DNA of 47,013 bases from assembly GCA_035692345.1 (NCBI GenBank), contig DASSIA010000078.1:1-47013 (forward strand), written 5' to 3'. The first letter of the stretch is position 1, and each line of letters starts with the position of its first letter. A program made the translations under genes and the position numbers. The notes under the pieces were generated by a model. It was given only the letters and a program-made list of their open reading frames with translations, was not told the DNA's origin and ran no database searches. The stretch is from Arthrobacter sp. (GTDB lineage: Bacteria > Actinomycetota > Actinomycetes > Actinomycetales > Micrococcaceae). Positions 36,182 through 45,265 of the stretch are shown here, one piece after another.

Positions 36182-37632
36182 GCATTAGCCGGACGCCCTT
36201 CAGACTGCTGGCGGCAGTCGTATTTGCCCTGCTGCTTGGCGGTGGCCAGGCAGCAAACGCCGCCACGCCGGTCGGCGTCGTTGTTGAGGACCGGGCGGGA
36301 GTACTCGACCGGAACACCCTGGACCCGGCCCTGCGTGCCATGGAGTTCCATTCCCCCACCAAAGTTGCTGTCTACACCTACAACGGCAGCACCACCGACA
36401 ATCTCAATGAAGAAGTCCTCAGGTTTGCCCGCGCGGAGCACCCGGACTGGATCAGCCCCGACGGCCAAAAATGGGCCGACGGGCTTTTCATCTTCGCCCT
36501 CGATCCGGTGGGCCGCCACGTTGGCACCTATATGGGTGAGGACCGGAAAGTTTCACCGGCACAACGCGATGACATCCAAAACGCTTCCAAGGAACTCCTT
36601 CGGGACGCCCAGTGGACGGACGGGGTCATCGCCGGGGTCCGTCGTGGTGCCGAACTGATCAACCAGCCCTGGTACCAGTCGGCGGCCTTCCTGGTCACCG
36701 CCTGGGTGACAGGAGTGGCAGCCGCGCTGGGGGCGGCGGCCTGGCTGACAGTGCGCGCGGTCACCCGCGCCACCAGCAGAAAGGAACTCAAACGCGGTGA
36801 CACGAGCTATGCCCATGTCAGTGCTGACCTGGATGTCACGGAACTGAATGCCGGCACCATTCCTGAGTCCTCTTCCTACGGCAGCAGGATCCTGGAAAAG
36901 TACCGGACCTTCCGTGACCGGTACGACGCCGCCACCAGGCTTTCGAACCGGGTCCATGCCTTGACGCCGAAGGCGTTGGGCCGGCGATCGAACCTCAAAC
37001 TTGTCCGGGAGTACGCCGACGCCGCCGACGAACTCGATGCCCTCGATGACGTCATTGCCGACAGCAACGCGCTGCTGAACCGCTCAATTACCTGGGCCAC
37101 GGCCTGGGACCGCCAGCTATCACCGTTCCGGAGCGACCTCGCCGGACTTGAACAACTGCTCAGCAAACGACATGGACAAGGTGACTCCGCCACTGCGGCA
37201 GCCTTGAGATCATTCCGCGACCAAAGCCTGCACGAGATAGAGGGATGGACCGCCGGGCTTGCGGATGGGACCACCGCACCGGAGGCGGCTTTGGATCTCC
37301 TTCGGGGCGCCCGCACACGGCTGTCCCTCTTGTTGAGAGACCATGCCCGCACGGTTATCGAAGGTTTTGCCGCCACCGACCATGAGGCCAGGCTCATGGG
37401 CAAGGAGATGGAAAAAGCACAGGAGGGTGCGGACCGCCACTACCTGCGGCGCCACGAACCCAGCATCCTCGGAACGATCTACCCCCGCTACTACTTCTTC
37501 TCGGTTCCCGCCTTCAACTCCGCCATGAACACCGGAGTGGGCAGCGTCAGCTCCGCACGCGGCGGCGGCACCACCGGTTATGGTGCGAGCGGGGGCAGCT
37601 TCTCCGGCTCGGGCAGTTCTTCGGGCTTCTAG
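36178..37632 (+). CDS. Exported TPM-like / DUF5129-like membrane protein with Gly/Ser tail
   Basis: Signal peptide, VEDRAGVLD, internal TM, helical region, C-terminal GYGASGGSFSGSGSSSGF; ATGA coupling. Confidence 0.75.
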   Translation: MSISRTPFRLLAAVVFALLLGGGQAANAATPVGVVVEDRAGVLDRNTLDPALRAMEFHSPTKVAVYTYNGSTTDNLNEEVLRFARAEHPDWISPDGQKWADGLFIFALDPVGRHVGTYMGEDRKVSPAQRDDIQNASKELLRDAQWTDGVIAGVRRGAELINQPWYQSAAFLVTAWVTGVAAALGAAAWLTVRAVTRATSRKELKRGDTSYAHVSADLDVTELNAGTIPESSSYGSRILEKYRTFRDRYDAATRLSNRVHALTPKALGRRSNLKLVREYADAADELDALDDVIADSNALLNRSITWATAWDRQLSPFRSDLAGLEQLLSKRHGQGDSATAAALRSFRDQSLHEIEGWTAGLADGTTAPEAALDLLRGARTRLSLLLRDHARTVIEGFAATDHEARLMGKEMEKAQEGADRHYLRRHEPSILGTIYPRYYFFSVPAFNSAMNTGVGSVSSARGGGTTGYGASGGSFSGSGSSSGF

Positions 37633-37648
37633 ATGACTTTCGGCCCTA
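37633..37648 (+). promoter_or_regulatory. DosR/OsdR-like box
   Basis: ATGACTTTCGGCCCTA; CAGGCT at +22; upstream of a usp gene. Confidence 0.72.
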
Positions 37649-37765
37649 CAACTTTCCCGGTCCACGTCGCAGGCTGAAGAGGCAACGAGATCCCGGGCAG
37701 GCCGCCAGCCGGCCCGTTGTCCGGTCTTGATCCGCAGTTACACCCTTATCGCAGAAAGGCCCGCC

Positions 37766-38632
37766 GTGAGATCCTCCAACCCTATAGCCGTCGCCACCAA
37801 TGATTCCGCCCAGAGCCAAGCGGCCGTGCAGTGGGCGGCGCAACGGGCCGCGCGCGCGCACCTGCCCCTGGTGATCCTTCACGTGGTGGATGACCGTTGG
37901 ACGGCCGAGCCCGTCGCCCTGACCGGAATGCTGCTGGAGAAGGGCGCTGAACTGCTGGAAGCCGCTGCCGGACGCGTGCGCGGCACGGTTCCGGTGGAGA
38001 TCAGCACCAAAGTCCTGGAAGGGGGCGTGGCCGGCGCGCTGCGCAAGTTCTCAACCAAGGCCTCAATGCTGGTGGTGGGTTCAGGTGCTGCCCACCGGGG
38101 CGGCGCGCTCACGGACCGGGCCCTGCAAATAGCTGCCGCAGCGAAGTGTCCCGTTGCGGTGATTGGCGCGGACCACCTTGAGGGGCGGCGCGGAATCCTG
38201 GTGGGGGTGGATGGTTCGGAAGAATCAACCCAGGCTGTTGCCTTTGCCGCTGCCGAGGCGGACCGGGAGGGCCAGGAGCTGACGGTGCTGTATGCGTTCA
38301 GCGGCCCCAACCGTTGGATCAGGGCCGGTCTTCCGTCCAGCAGCCTTGCCGAGCTGGTAGTCCAGGAGGAACAGATTGTCCTTTCCGAGACGGTGGCCGG
38401 CCTCCGCGAGGACTACCCCGATCTTGCGGTGCATCCAGTCCTTGAAACCGACATGGAACCGGCGGAGGCCCTGGTTAAGGCTGCGGCCAACGCCACAATG
38501 CTTGTGGTGGGCAGCCGGGGCCGGGGCGGCTTCAAACGGCTGCTGCTCGGGTCCACAGCCCACGCGGTGCTCACGGAGTTACCGTGCCCCACCGTCATAA
38601 CGCCTATCCGGCGCATAAAGGACAAAGGATAG
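37766..38632 (+). CDS. Universal stress protein (two USP domains)
   Basis: ILVGVDGSEES, LVVGSRGRGGFKRLLLGS, PCP; GAAAGG RBS before GTG. Confidence 0.92.
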   Translation: MRSSNPIAVATNDSAQSQAAVQWAAQRAARAHLPLVILHVVDDRWTAEPVALTGMLLEKGAELLEAAAGRVRGTVPVEISTKVLEGGVAGALRKFSTKASMLVVGSGAAHRGGALTDRALQIAAAAKCPVAVIGADHLEGRRGILVGVDGSEESTQAVAFAAAEADREGQELTVLYAFSGPNRWIRAGLPSSSLAELVVQEEQIVLSETVAGLREDYPDLAVHPVLETDMEPAEALVKAAANATMLVVGSRGRGGFKRLLLGSTAHAVLTELPCPTVITPIRRIKDKG

Positions 38633-38767
38633 GGCCGCCGGATGCAAGCCCGGAAACGGACGTCGAAACCAAACTCGATGCCGTGATCCCGGGCCAACCC
38701 CTGTCTCGCACCGTGGGAGCACGGCAGTAATGTAAAGAACATTTGGTCCGCCTGGCGCCCACGGAAG

Positions 38768-40669
38768 TCAGAGGCCCGGATGTTTTGCCCGGGGCGGCCC
38801 TGCTTCCCCGGGCGCATCCCGGCCACGTCCGCCGTGCAGGGCACGAAGGGCGTTCAGGATGGTGGCCAGATCGACAGCCTCCTGCAGCAGGGCACCTGCA
38901 ACGGCCGGTATATAGCCAAAAACCGCTGCAACCATCAGGACGATGCTCAGCAGGATGCCGGTCCAGATGCTGGCCAGGGCAATCCTGACCGTACGCCTTC
39001 CGATGTCCACGGCCAGCGCCGCCTTGGACAGGTCATCGAGCATGATGACGACGTCGGCTGACTCGCTCGCCGCGGTTGAGCCCTTTGCCCCCATCGCGAT
39101 CCCTACGTCGGCAGCGGCCAGGACGGGGGCATCGTTCACCCCGTCCCCCACCATCATGACCGGCCGTTCCCGCAGCCCTGCCACGATGGCGACCTTGTCC
39201 CCGGGAAGGCACCCGGACCGGACGCGGGTGATCCCGGCCTGGGAAGCGATCTTCTCGGCCGTGGTCCGGGCGTCCCCGGTCAGCAGCAAAGTCTCCTCAA
39301 TGCCCAGCGCGCGCAGCCCGGCCAGCGTGCTGACCGCGTTGGCGCGGAGCGGATCACTCATGATCAGCGCTCCCACGAACCGTCCGTCAATTCCCACGTA
39401 GACCGCCAGCTGTCCGCCAGCCAACCCGACCTCCTCGAAACCGCTGGCCACGGATCTGACGAAATCGGGCTTGCCAACTGCGACGGAACGGTTGCCGCAA
39501 CGGGCCGTAACGCCTTGGGTCGCGTGTTCGGACGCGTTCGTCCCGCGCACAAGTTCAAGGCCCCGCTGCCGGGCAGCATCAATGACTGCTGCGGCAAGGA
39601 CGTGGGACGAATACTGCTCTGCCGAGGCGGCCAGTTGCAGCAGCTGGTCGGCGGTGATCAGTCCTGCTGCGCCCCGGGAGATCCGGATGCTGTGCAGGCT
39701 GGGCCGGCCGTGGGTGAGCGTGCCCGTCTTGTCGAAAACCGCGGTTCGCACCCGGGCGAGCCTTTCCAGCGTTCCCCCGTTCTTGATGATGATTCCGGCG
39801 TGCGCGGCCCGGCTGGTCCCCGCCAGGAAGGCCACGGGTGCCGCTATGAGGAGCGGACAGGGTGTGGCGACAACAAGGACCTGCGCGAACCGGACCGGTT
39901 CCTGGCTGAAATACCAGCCCGCCCCGGCCAGCAGGAAGGCAAACAGGGTGAAGGGAATTGCATACTTATCGGCGAGGCGGACCACCGGCGGCCGGCTCGA
40001 TGCGGCTTCCTGGACCAAGGCCACGATCCGGCTGTACTGGGAATCTTTGGCCGTGGAGGTGGCCACCATGCGCACGGCGTTTTCGCCGTTGACGGAGCCG
40101 CTGAGCAGTGTCTCGCCTGCCACGTGCTCAACCGGCAGGCTCTCACCCGTCAAGGTGGATTCATCAAAACTCCCGGACGCGGAAAGAAGGCGTCCGTCCA
40201 CGGGAACCACCTCCGCGGGCTTGATCAGCAGCGTGTCCCCGGGCCTGACCTCGCCGGCCGGGATGTCCTCCGCGGGTGAACCGGGCAGTTCGCGGTGAGC
40301 CCGCTCCGGGACCCGCTCCAGCAGTGACCGGAGCTCCTTGGTCGCGCGTCCCCGGGAGATCTCTTCCAGGGCTTCGCCGCCGGCAAGCATCAGCACGATG
40401 ATCAGGGCCGCCACGTACTCGCCTACGGCAACGGTCGCGGCAATGGCAGTCACGGCCAGCAGGTCAATCCCCCACCGGCCGTTACGCAGTTCCCTCAGCA
40501 TGGAGCCGGTCCGGACCACCGCGACCAGCAGCGCGAAGATGCTTGCCGTCCACTGAGCCGCCGATGACTGCCCCCCAGCCAGGAGCAGTGCAACGGCCAT
40601 CCCCGCCGCGACGGCACCGGCGACCAGGGGGAACCGGATCATCCAGGTCCGTAACGTTGTCAGGGTCAT
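38768..40669 (-). CDS. Heavy-metal P-type ATPase, P1B-5-like
   Basis: LTGESLP, TPCPL, FDKTGTLT, GDGVNDAP, QEAVD in the last TM; no N-terminal CxxC domain. Confidence 0.92.
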   Translation of the reverse strand: MTLTTLRTWMIRFPLVAGAVAAGMAVALLLAGGQSSAAQWTASIFALLVAVVRTGSMLRELRNGRWGIDLLAVTAIAATVAVGEYVAALIIVLMLAGGEALEEISRGRATKELRSLLERVPERAHRELPGSPAEDIPAGEVRPGDTLLIKPAEVVPVDGRLLSASGSFDESTLTGESLPVEHVAGETLLSGSVNGENAVRMVATSTAKDSQYSRIVALVQEAASSRPPVVRLADKYAIPFTLFAFLLAGAGWYFSQEPVRFAQVLVVATPCPLLIAAPVAFLAGTSRAAHAGIIIKNGGTLERLARVRTAVFDKTGTLTHGRPSLHSIRISRGAAGLITADQLLQLAASAEQYSSHVLAAAVIDAARQRGLELVRGTNASEHATQGVTARCGNRSVAVGKPDFVRSVASGFEEVGLAGGQLAVYVGIDGRFVGALIMSDPLRANAVSTLAGLRALGIEETLLLTGDARTTAEKIASQAGITRVRSGCLPGDKVAIVAGLRERPVMMVGDGVNDAPVLAAADVGIAMGAKGSTAASESADVVIMLDDLSKAALAVDIGRRTVRIALASIWTGILLSIVLMVAAVFGYIPAVAGALLQEAVDLATILNALRALHGGRGRDAPGEAGPPRAKHPGL

Positions 40670-40679
40670 GATGTTGACC

Positions 40680-42215
40680 CTACGGCGGTCCGGGGGGCCC
40701 ATCCAGGGGGCCTTCGGACCACCCGCCGGGAGGCTGGGGTCTGAAAGGTGGGGCGGGCGGCGGCCCCACATCGGCGTCACCCGGTCCCCTCCGAAGGTCC
40801 TCGCTGTCCGTTGGGCCCTGGTCCAGCCGGAACGGTGGGTACTCATCCCGCATTAGGGCCACATACGTGATGACCCGGTAGATCCACCGGTTAAAACCCA
40901 GCAGCAGGTCAAACAGCGGGCGCTGATAGCGGCCTGTGAACAGCAGCAACACCCCGGCGACAAGCACCAGGAAACCGAACAACGAGAACCCGGTGCCGGT
41001 CTCATACCTGAGGCCCGGGACCACGGAGTCGTTCCAACGGACGGTGTCGGTGCCGGTCAGTGCCCCGATGACAATCAGCTGGGGAAGCGCCAGGAGCCAC
41101 CATTTAACAAGAACAAGTCCCCGGGACAGCCGCTCCGGATACTCAACATCGAAATCTGCCGGATAGTCGGTCCTGGCGAGCGTAAACGGCGGATATTTGT
41201 CCGTTCCCAACGCTGCGTAGGCATAAAAGGCCACTCGCCAGTTCCAGCGCAGGACGCCAACATTGAACGTGAAAAGGGAACGGGGATACCGGCCTGTGAA
41301 AAGGATGGCGAAGCCGGCGACGACCGTGACCACAACGAAGGCGAACCAGAGAAAGAACAGCACAACGAAATGCGGTATCGCCAGGAACCACTTGACCAGC
41401 CACAGCCAGCGGGAGAGCCCGGGGTCGAGTTCGCCCCGAATCCGTGCCGGGAACGGCGCTGGCCCGGCCGCGGCAGGAGGCGGCTGCTGCGGCAGGGATG
41501 AACCGGCAGGCACCGGGACAACGGGCGCCCCCGCTCCCTGCCCCGCCCGGCCCAGGCCATGGGCACCAAAGGCCAGCAGCGGAACCCCGATCACCAGCAG
41601 GATTGATCCGGCGGCCAGGAGCCCGGCAGCTATCGGGCCAAAAAGCTCTGACCGGAATCCGGCCTTCAGGTCGGCGCGAATCCCAGGGCTGGCATCGGCG
41701 TTCATCACAACGACGGTCCAGTTCCCGGATTGGATCTTCCAGTCCAGTTTTTGCTCCCCTGCTCCCGAAACTGACGCCGCCCAAAATTGCTGCGCCGACG
41801 GTGGTTGCGGTTTCCCTGCTCCTGACGATTCCCGATACTCCACGTGGAATGGCCGGAAAGTCACATGCAGCAGCTCAGAGTAGCCGGTCCCGGACAGGTA
41901 GCGGTCAACATCTGCCCGGGGCGCTATGCCGACAAAGATTTCCTTGCCGGGATCAGCCGGCTTCGCAAGAATCCGGATGCTGCCCACATCAAAGGGCAAG
42001 GGCCCCGGGGCGGTGCGGTCACGCATGGTGTCTGAACCGGCGAAAATAATCGCCGAGGAATCAACATCGAACCGTTCACTCGGTGAGGTGAGGTAGCCGC
42101 CGTCGTTCTGGAGTGAAGTGGCCCATGAGGCACCTATGCCGCCAACCAGCAATCCGACACCCAGCATCGAGAAGACAATACCGAGAATGAGCATGATGAT
42201 GGACCGGGCCCGCAT
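40680..42215 (-). CDS. DUF4389-like membrane protein
   Basis: Two repeats of LSRxLxLVKWxLAxP...LFTGRYxRxLF...YPPF; N-terminal extracytoplasmic domain between TM helices. Confidence 0.8.
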   Translation of the reverse strand: MRARSIIMLILGIVFSMLGVGLLVGGIGASWATSLQNDGGYLTSPSERFDVDSSAIIFAGSDTMRDRTAPGPLPFDVGSIRILAKPADPGKEIFVGIAPRADVDRYLSGTGYSELLHVTFRPFHVEYRESSGAGKPQPPSAQQFWAASVSGAGEQKLDWKIQSGNWTVVVMNADASPGIRADLKAGFRSELFGPIAAGLLAAGSILLVIGVPLLAFGAHGLGRAGQGAGAPVVPVPAGSSLPQQPPPAAAGPAPFPARIRGELDPGLSRWLWLVKWFLAIPHFVVLFFLWFAFVVVTVVAGFAILFTGRYPRSLFTFNVGVLRWNWRVAFYAYAALGTDKYPPFTLARTDYPADFDVEYPERLSRGLVLVKWWLLALPQLIVIGALTGTDTVRWNDSVVPGLRYETGTGFSLFGFLVLVAGVLLLFTGRYQRPLFDLLLGFNRWIYRVITYVALMRDEYPPFRLDQGPTDSEDLRRGPGDADVGPPPAPPFRPQPPGGWSEGPLDGPPGPP

Positions 42216-42304
42216 GGATTACTCCCGTCGTCGAATTCCGGTGGACCAGCCGGCGCCAGCCGCTGCCGGGTCCTCCCAGCCTCCGTCACGGTGGCCGCAA
42301 CCGA

Positions 42305-42320
42305 TAGGGCCATAGGTCAC
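42305..42320 (-). promoter_or_regulatory. DosR/OsdR-like box
   Basis: Minus strand GTGACCTATGGCCCTA; GAGGCT at +22. Confidence 0.72.
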
Positions 42321-42342
42321 TGCGGACGCTGCCGGGACCGGA

Positions 42343-43185
42343 TCATGATGCCTGCCCGGACGCAGGACGGGTGACAATAGTGGGGCACGGCAACCCACTC
42401 AGCACCTTTTCGGCTATCGATCCGATGGGTTTGCGAAGCCCGCCACGTCCCCGGCAACCAATGACCAGAAGGCTGGCCTGAAGGGCGGAACGGATAAGGA
42501 CCTCAGCCGGAGAACCGTTCGGTTCCAGCGTCTCGTGAACGGTCAATCCGGGATGGGACTCCCGTATGCTGCGGGCGGCTCCTGCGATCAGCGACAGGGC
42601 ATCAGGCTCCCCGCTGGGGACGGGCCCGCCGGGCGGTACCGCTGAGGCCGCATGCAGTATCGTCAGCACCTCGCCGATCCGCTGTGCTTCCGCAGCCGCC
42701 AGCTGAAGAGCCACCACCGAGTCCTCCGACCCGTCAATGCCAGCCACCACGCCGCTGCGGTCCGCCGCCGTGCGCGCAGGAATGACGGCAACGGGACACC
42801 GGCACAGGACCGCAGCCTGGAAGCCGACCGATCCTGATCCTTCCCCGCGCCTGTCCGATGAACGGTCCGAACCAAGAACCACCATCTCGGCTCCGTCCGA
42901 GAGACGGCTCAATACCGGCGCCGGTTCGCCGGGCTGCCAGCCGGTAATGACCTGCAACCCGGGATGACGGGCGGTCAGCCGGCCACGTTCCTGAACCAGC
43001 AGTGTTTGGGCCCGGGCCACGGCTTCGGCGTACTGCGCCGGTGTCCTGTAGTACCAGGATTCGGGAACTACCCGCACCAGGTGCAGGCGCAGACCCAACC
43101 CATCCGCCCTCTGCGCAGCCCAATCGGCGGCGCGGCGGCCCTGGCTGGACGCATCGGCACCTGCCAGGACTTCGATCGCTTTCAT
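42343..43185 (-). CDS. Universal stress protein (two USP domains)
   Basis: VLAGADAS, VVAGIDGSEDS, LLVIGCRGRGG, PCP; GAAAGGA RBS before ATG 43185. Confidence 0.88.
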   Translation of the reverse strand: MKAIEVLAGADASSQGRRAADWAAQRADGLGLRLHLVRVVPESWYYRTPAQYAEAVARAQTLLVQERGRLTARHPGLQVITGWQPGEPAPVLSRLSDGAEMVVLGSDRSSDRRGEGSGSVGFQAAVLCRCPVAVIPARTAADRSGVVAGIDGSEDSVVALQLAAAEAQRIGEVLTILHAASAVPPGGPVPSGEPDALSLIAGAARSIRESHPGLTVHETLEPNGSPAEVLIRSALQASLLVIGCRGRGGLRKPIGSIAEKVLSGLPCPTIVTRPASGQAS

Positions 43186-43239
43186 CCCCCGTCCTTTCAT
43201 CGGTCCATTCTCCAGTTTCGCCCTCATACACCGCCCGGC

Positions 43240-43281
43240 CAGTGCCGGAAGGCCCGACGGCGGGCGGGGCTTTCGTCCCTG
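43240..43281. promoter_or_regulatory. Pair of divergent DosR/OsdR-like boxes
   Basis: Minus strand GGGCCTTCCGGCACTG (43240-43255) and plus strand GGGGCTTTCGTCCCTG (43266-43281), between divergent genes. Confidence 0.6.
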
Positions 43282-43341
43282 TTGCCCGTCGGTCCAACGG
43301 TATGTACTTGAGGGACACCGCGTTTCCAGTAAAGGATGGCC

Positions 43342-43983
43342 ATGACCAACATCACGATTCTCGGCAGCGGGCATATGGCCCGCGCCCTCGCCCTGACGAT
43401 GCTGCGGGCCAACAACCCGGTACAGATCCTTGGCCGCGACGGCACCAAAACACGGGACCTCGTCGAAAGCCTGGGACCGGGCGCAACGGGCGGACTCGCC
43501 GGAGCGCCCATCACCGGCGCCATAGTATTCCTGGCCATCCCGCACAAAGAGGTGCATGCGGCCATCCTGGAAAGCGGCGACCACATGGATGGCCGGGTGG
43601 TGGTGGACATCAGCAACCCTGTCGATGTCAGCACCTTCGATCGGCTGACCACCGATCCCGGTACCTCTGCGGCCGAAGAAACCGCCCGCTTGCTGGAGGG
43701 ACGCGCGGATGTGGTGAAGGCGTTCAACACCACGTTCCCGGCCACACTGGAAGCCGGAAAAGTCGCCGGACAACACCTTGACGTGTTCATCGCCGGCGAC
43801 TCCGAGGAGGCCAAAGAGAAAGTCAGCGCGGTCACGGCAGCTGCCGGGCTGCGGCCGATTGACGTGGGACCGCTCCGGCGTGCGCGCGAACTCGAAGGAA
43901 TCATGCTGGTTGTTATGGGATTGCAGGTCAGCCCTGAGCACGAGCATTTCAACTGGGACACCGCCCTCAGGATTCTTCCGTAG
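43342..43983 (+). CDS. NADP oxidoreductase, F420-dependent reductase-like family
   Basis: ILGSGHMA, VVDISNP, SAAEE, VVKAFNT, IAGD, DVGPL. Confidence 0.88.
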   Translation: MTNITILGSGHMARALALTMLRANNPVQILGRDGTKTRDLVESLGPGATGGLAGAPITGAIVFLAIPHKEVHAAILESGDHMDGRVVVDISNPVDVSTFDRLTTDPGTSAAEETARLLEGRADVVKAFNTTFPATLEAGKVAGQHLDVFIAGDSEEAKEKVSAVTAAAGLRPIDVGPLRRARELEGIMLVVMGLQVSPEHEHFNWDTALRILP

Positions 43984-44014
43984 GGGTTGGCTCTCGCGGC
44001 GCCACGCTGAGGAA

Positions 44015-44062
44015 GCATCCGCCGCCTCCCGCATCTGCCGCCTCCTGCGTCGGCAGCCTCCC
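44015..44062. repeat. 3 x 16-nt degenerate tandem repeat
   Basis: GCATCCGCCGCCTCCC / GCATCTGCCGCCTCCT / GCGTCGGCAGCCTCCC. Confidence 0.6.
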
Positions 44063-44171
44063 AGCGGGCGCAGCGCCACGGTTCCCTGTGGCTTGGTGCC
44101 CGCTGCTGCGGTCCCGAAACCTCCGCTACTCCGGGATGCCTGGGGCGGCCAACGCAAACTCCGGGCCTTCG

Positions 44172-44187
44172 GTGACCTTCGGCCCTA
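44172..44187 (+). promoter_or_regulatory. DosR/OsdR-like box
   Basis: GTGACCTTCGGCCCTA; GAAGGT at +22; ATG at +34. Confidence 0.75.
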
Positions 44188-44220
44188 GGCCCCCGCTCAA
44201 TCCTGGGGGAAGGTACTGCC

Positions 44221-44688
44221 ATGAGTGATAACGATCGCATCCTTGTCGGAATCGATGGCTCCGAATATTCCCCCGCGGCGCTGCGCCTGGCCGGGCGTTT
44301 GGCCTCCGCGCTGGGCGCACCGTTGCACGTCGTCACCTGCCTGGGTTTCTCGGATTTCTACCTGCCGGCGCATTTGCCTCCCGGGGAGATCGACAGCACG
44401 GCAGAGCTTGAGGCGATCGCCAAACGCCTCATGGAGCAGGCTATCGACAGGGCCTACCCTGCGCAGCGTCCCGAACACCTCACCACAGAGGTGAAGGCCG
44501 GCTCACCTGCCAAGGTCCTGGTTGAGGAAAGCCGGAACGCCCAACTGCTGGTTGTGGGGCGGCGCGGCCATGGCGGCCTTCTGGGCCAACTCATGGGCTC
44601 CGTCAGCGCGGCGTGTACAGCCCATGCCCACTGCCCTGTGCTGGTGGTCAGCCAGGATGCAGGGACCCCCGATGCAGCCGGCCACTGA
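44221..44688 (+). CDS. Universal stress protein (single domain)
   Basis: ILVGIDGS, LVVGRRGHGG, MGSVS, HCPVLVV. Confidence 0.93.
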   Translation: MSDNDRILVGIDGSEYSPAALRLAGRLASALGAPLHVVTCLGFSDFYLPAHLPPGEIDSTAELEAIAKRLMEQAIDRAYPAQRPEHLTTEVKAGSPAKVLVEESRNAQLLVVGRRGHGGLLGQLMGSVSAACTAHAHCPVLVVSQDAGTPDAAGH

Positions 44689-45169
44689 ACTGCCGCCAAT
44701 CGTGGTGGGCGTGGACGGAAGCGCTCCATCCATCCTTGCGCTGCGCTGGGCCGGCGCCTTGGCGCCGGTGCTCAGGTGCCGCATCCGGGCTGTGTCCTGC
44801 TGGCAGTTTCACATCGCGGTCGGCACCTTCATACCGGTTGACTGGAACCCCGAAGAGGACGCCCGAAACGTCTGTACAGAGGCAGTGGCCAAGGCCTTCG
44901 ACGGTGCTCCCCCCGACGGGCTGGAGATGGTGGCGGTCCAGGGACCGGCGGCCAAGATTCTGGTCGACGAAAGCCGGACAGCTCAGTTGGTCGTAGTGGG
45001 CAGCCGCGGACATGGAGGTTTTGAAGGGCTGCTGCTCGGGGCCGTCAGTGCAACAGTGGCGGAACACGCAAAATGCCCGGTCCTGGTGGCCCATGGACCC
45101 GACCTGCCGGCAGGGATTTCTGCTGCTCCCGGTCAGGCTTCGCTGGAAGGAGGGGCGCAGGCCCCGTGA
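44672..45169 (+). CDS. Universal stress protein (single domain)
   Basis: IVVGVDGS, VVVGSRGHGGFEGLLLGAVS, KCPVLV. Confidence 0.92.
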   Translation: MQPATELPPIVVGVDGSAPSILALRWAGALAPVLRCRIRAVSCWQFHIAVGTFIPVDWNPEEDARNVCTEAVAKAFDGAPPDGLEMVAVQGPAAKILVDESRTAQLVVVGSRGHGGFEGLLLGAVSATVAEHAKCPVLVAHGPDLPAGISAAPGQASLEGGAQAP

Positions 45170-45249
45170 CCTGCGGATGCTGGGTCCTGGCAGCCGCGGG
45201 ATCGGTGGCTTTAGGTGGGATCAGTACCTGAGCCGCCGCCGTCGGTCCC

Positions 45250-45265
45250 GGGACCTTTGTCCCTT
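45250..45265 (+). promoter_or_regulatory. DosR/OsdR-like box
   Basis: GGGACCTTTGTCCCTT; CATCGT at +22; upstream of adh. Confidence 0.72.

Noticed and set aside
40670-40846. N-terminal extension of the P-type ATPase given in the ORF track
   Set aside because: It overlaps the DUF4389-like gene by about 165 nt; ATG 40669 is more parsimonious.
42343-44157. 604-aa ORF suggesting a long N-terminal fusion to a USP
   Set aside because: The extension is antisense to the oxidoreductase gene; a good RBS supports the start at 43185.
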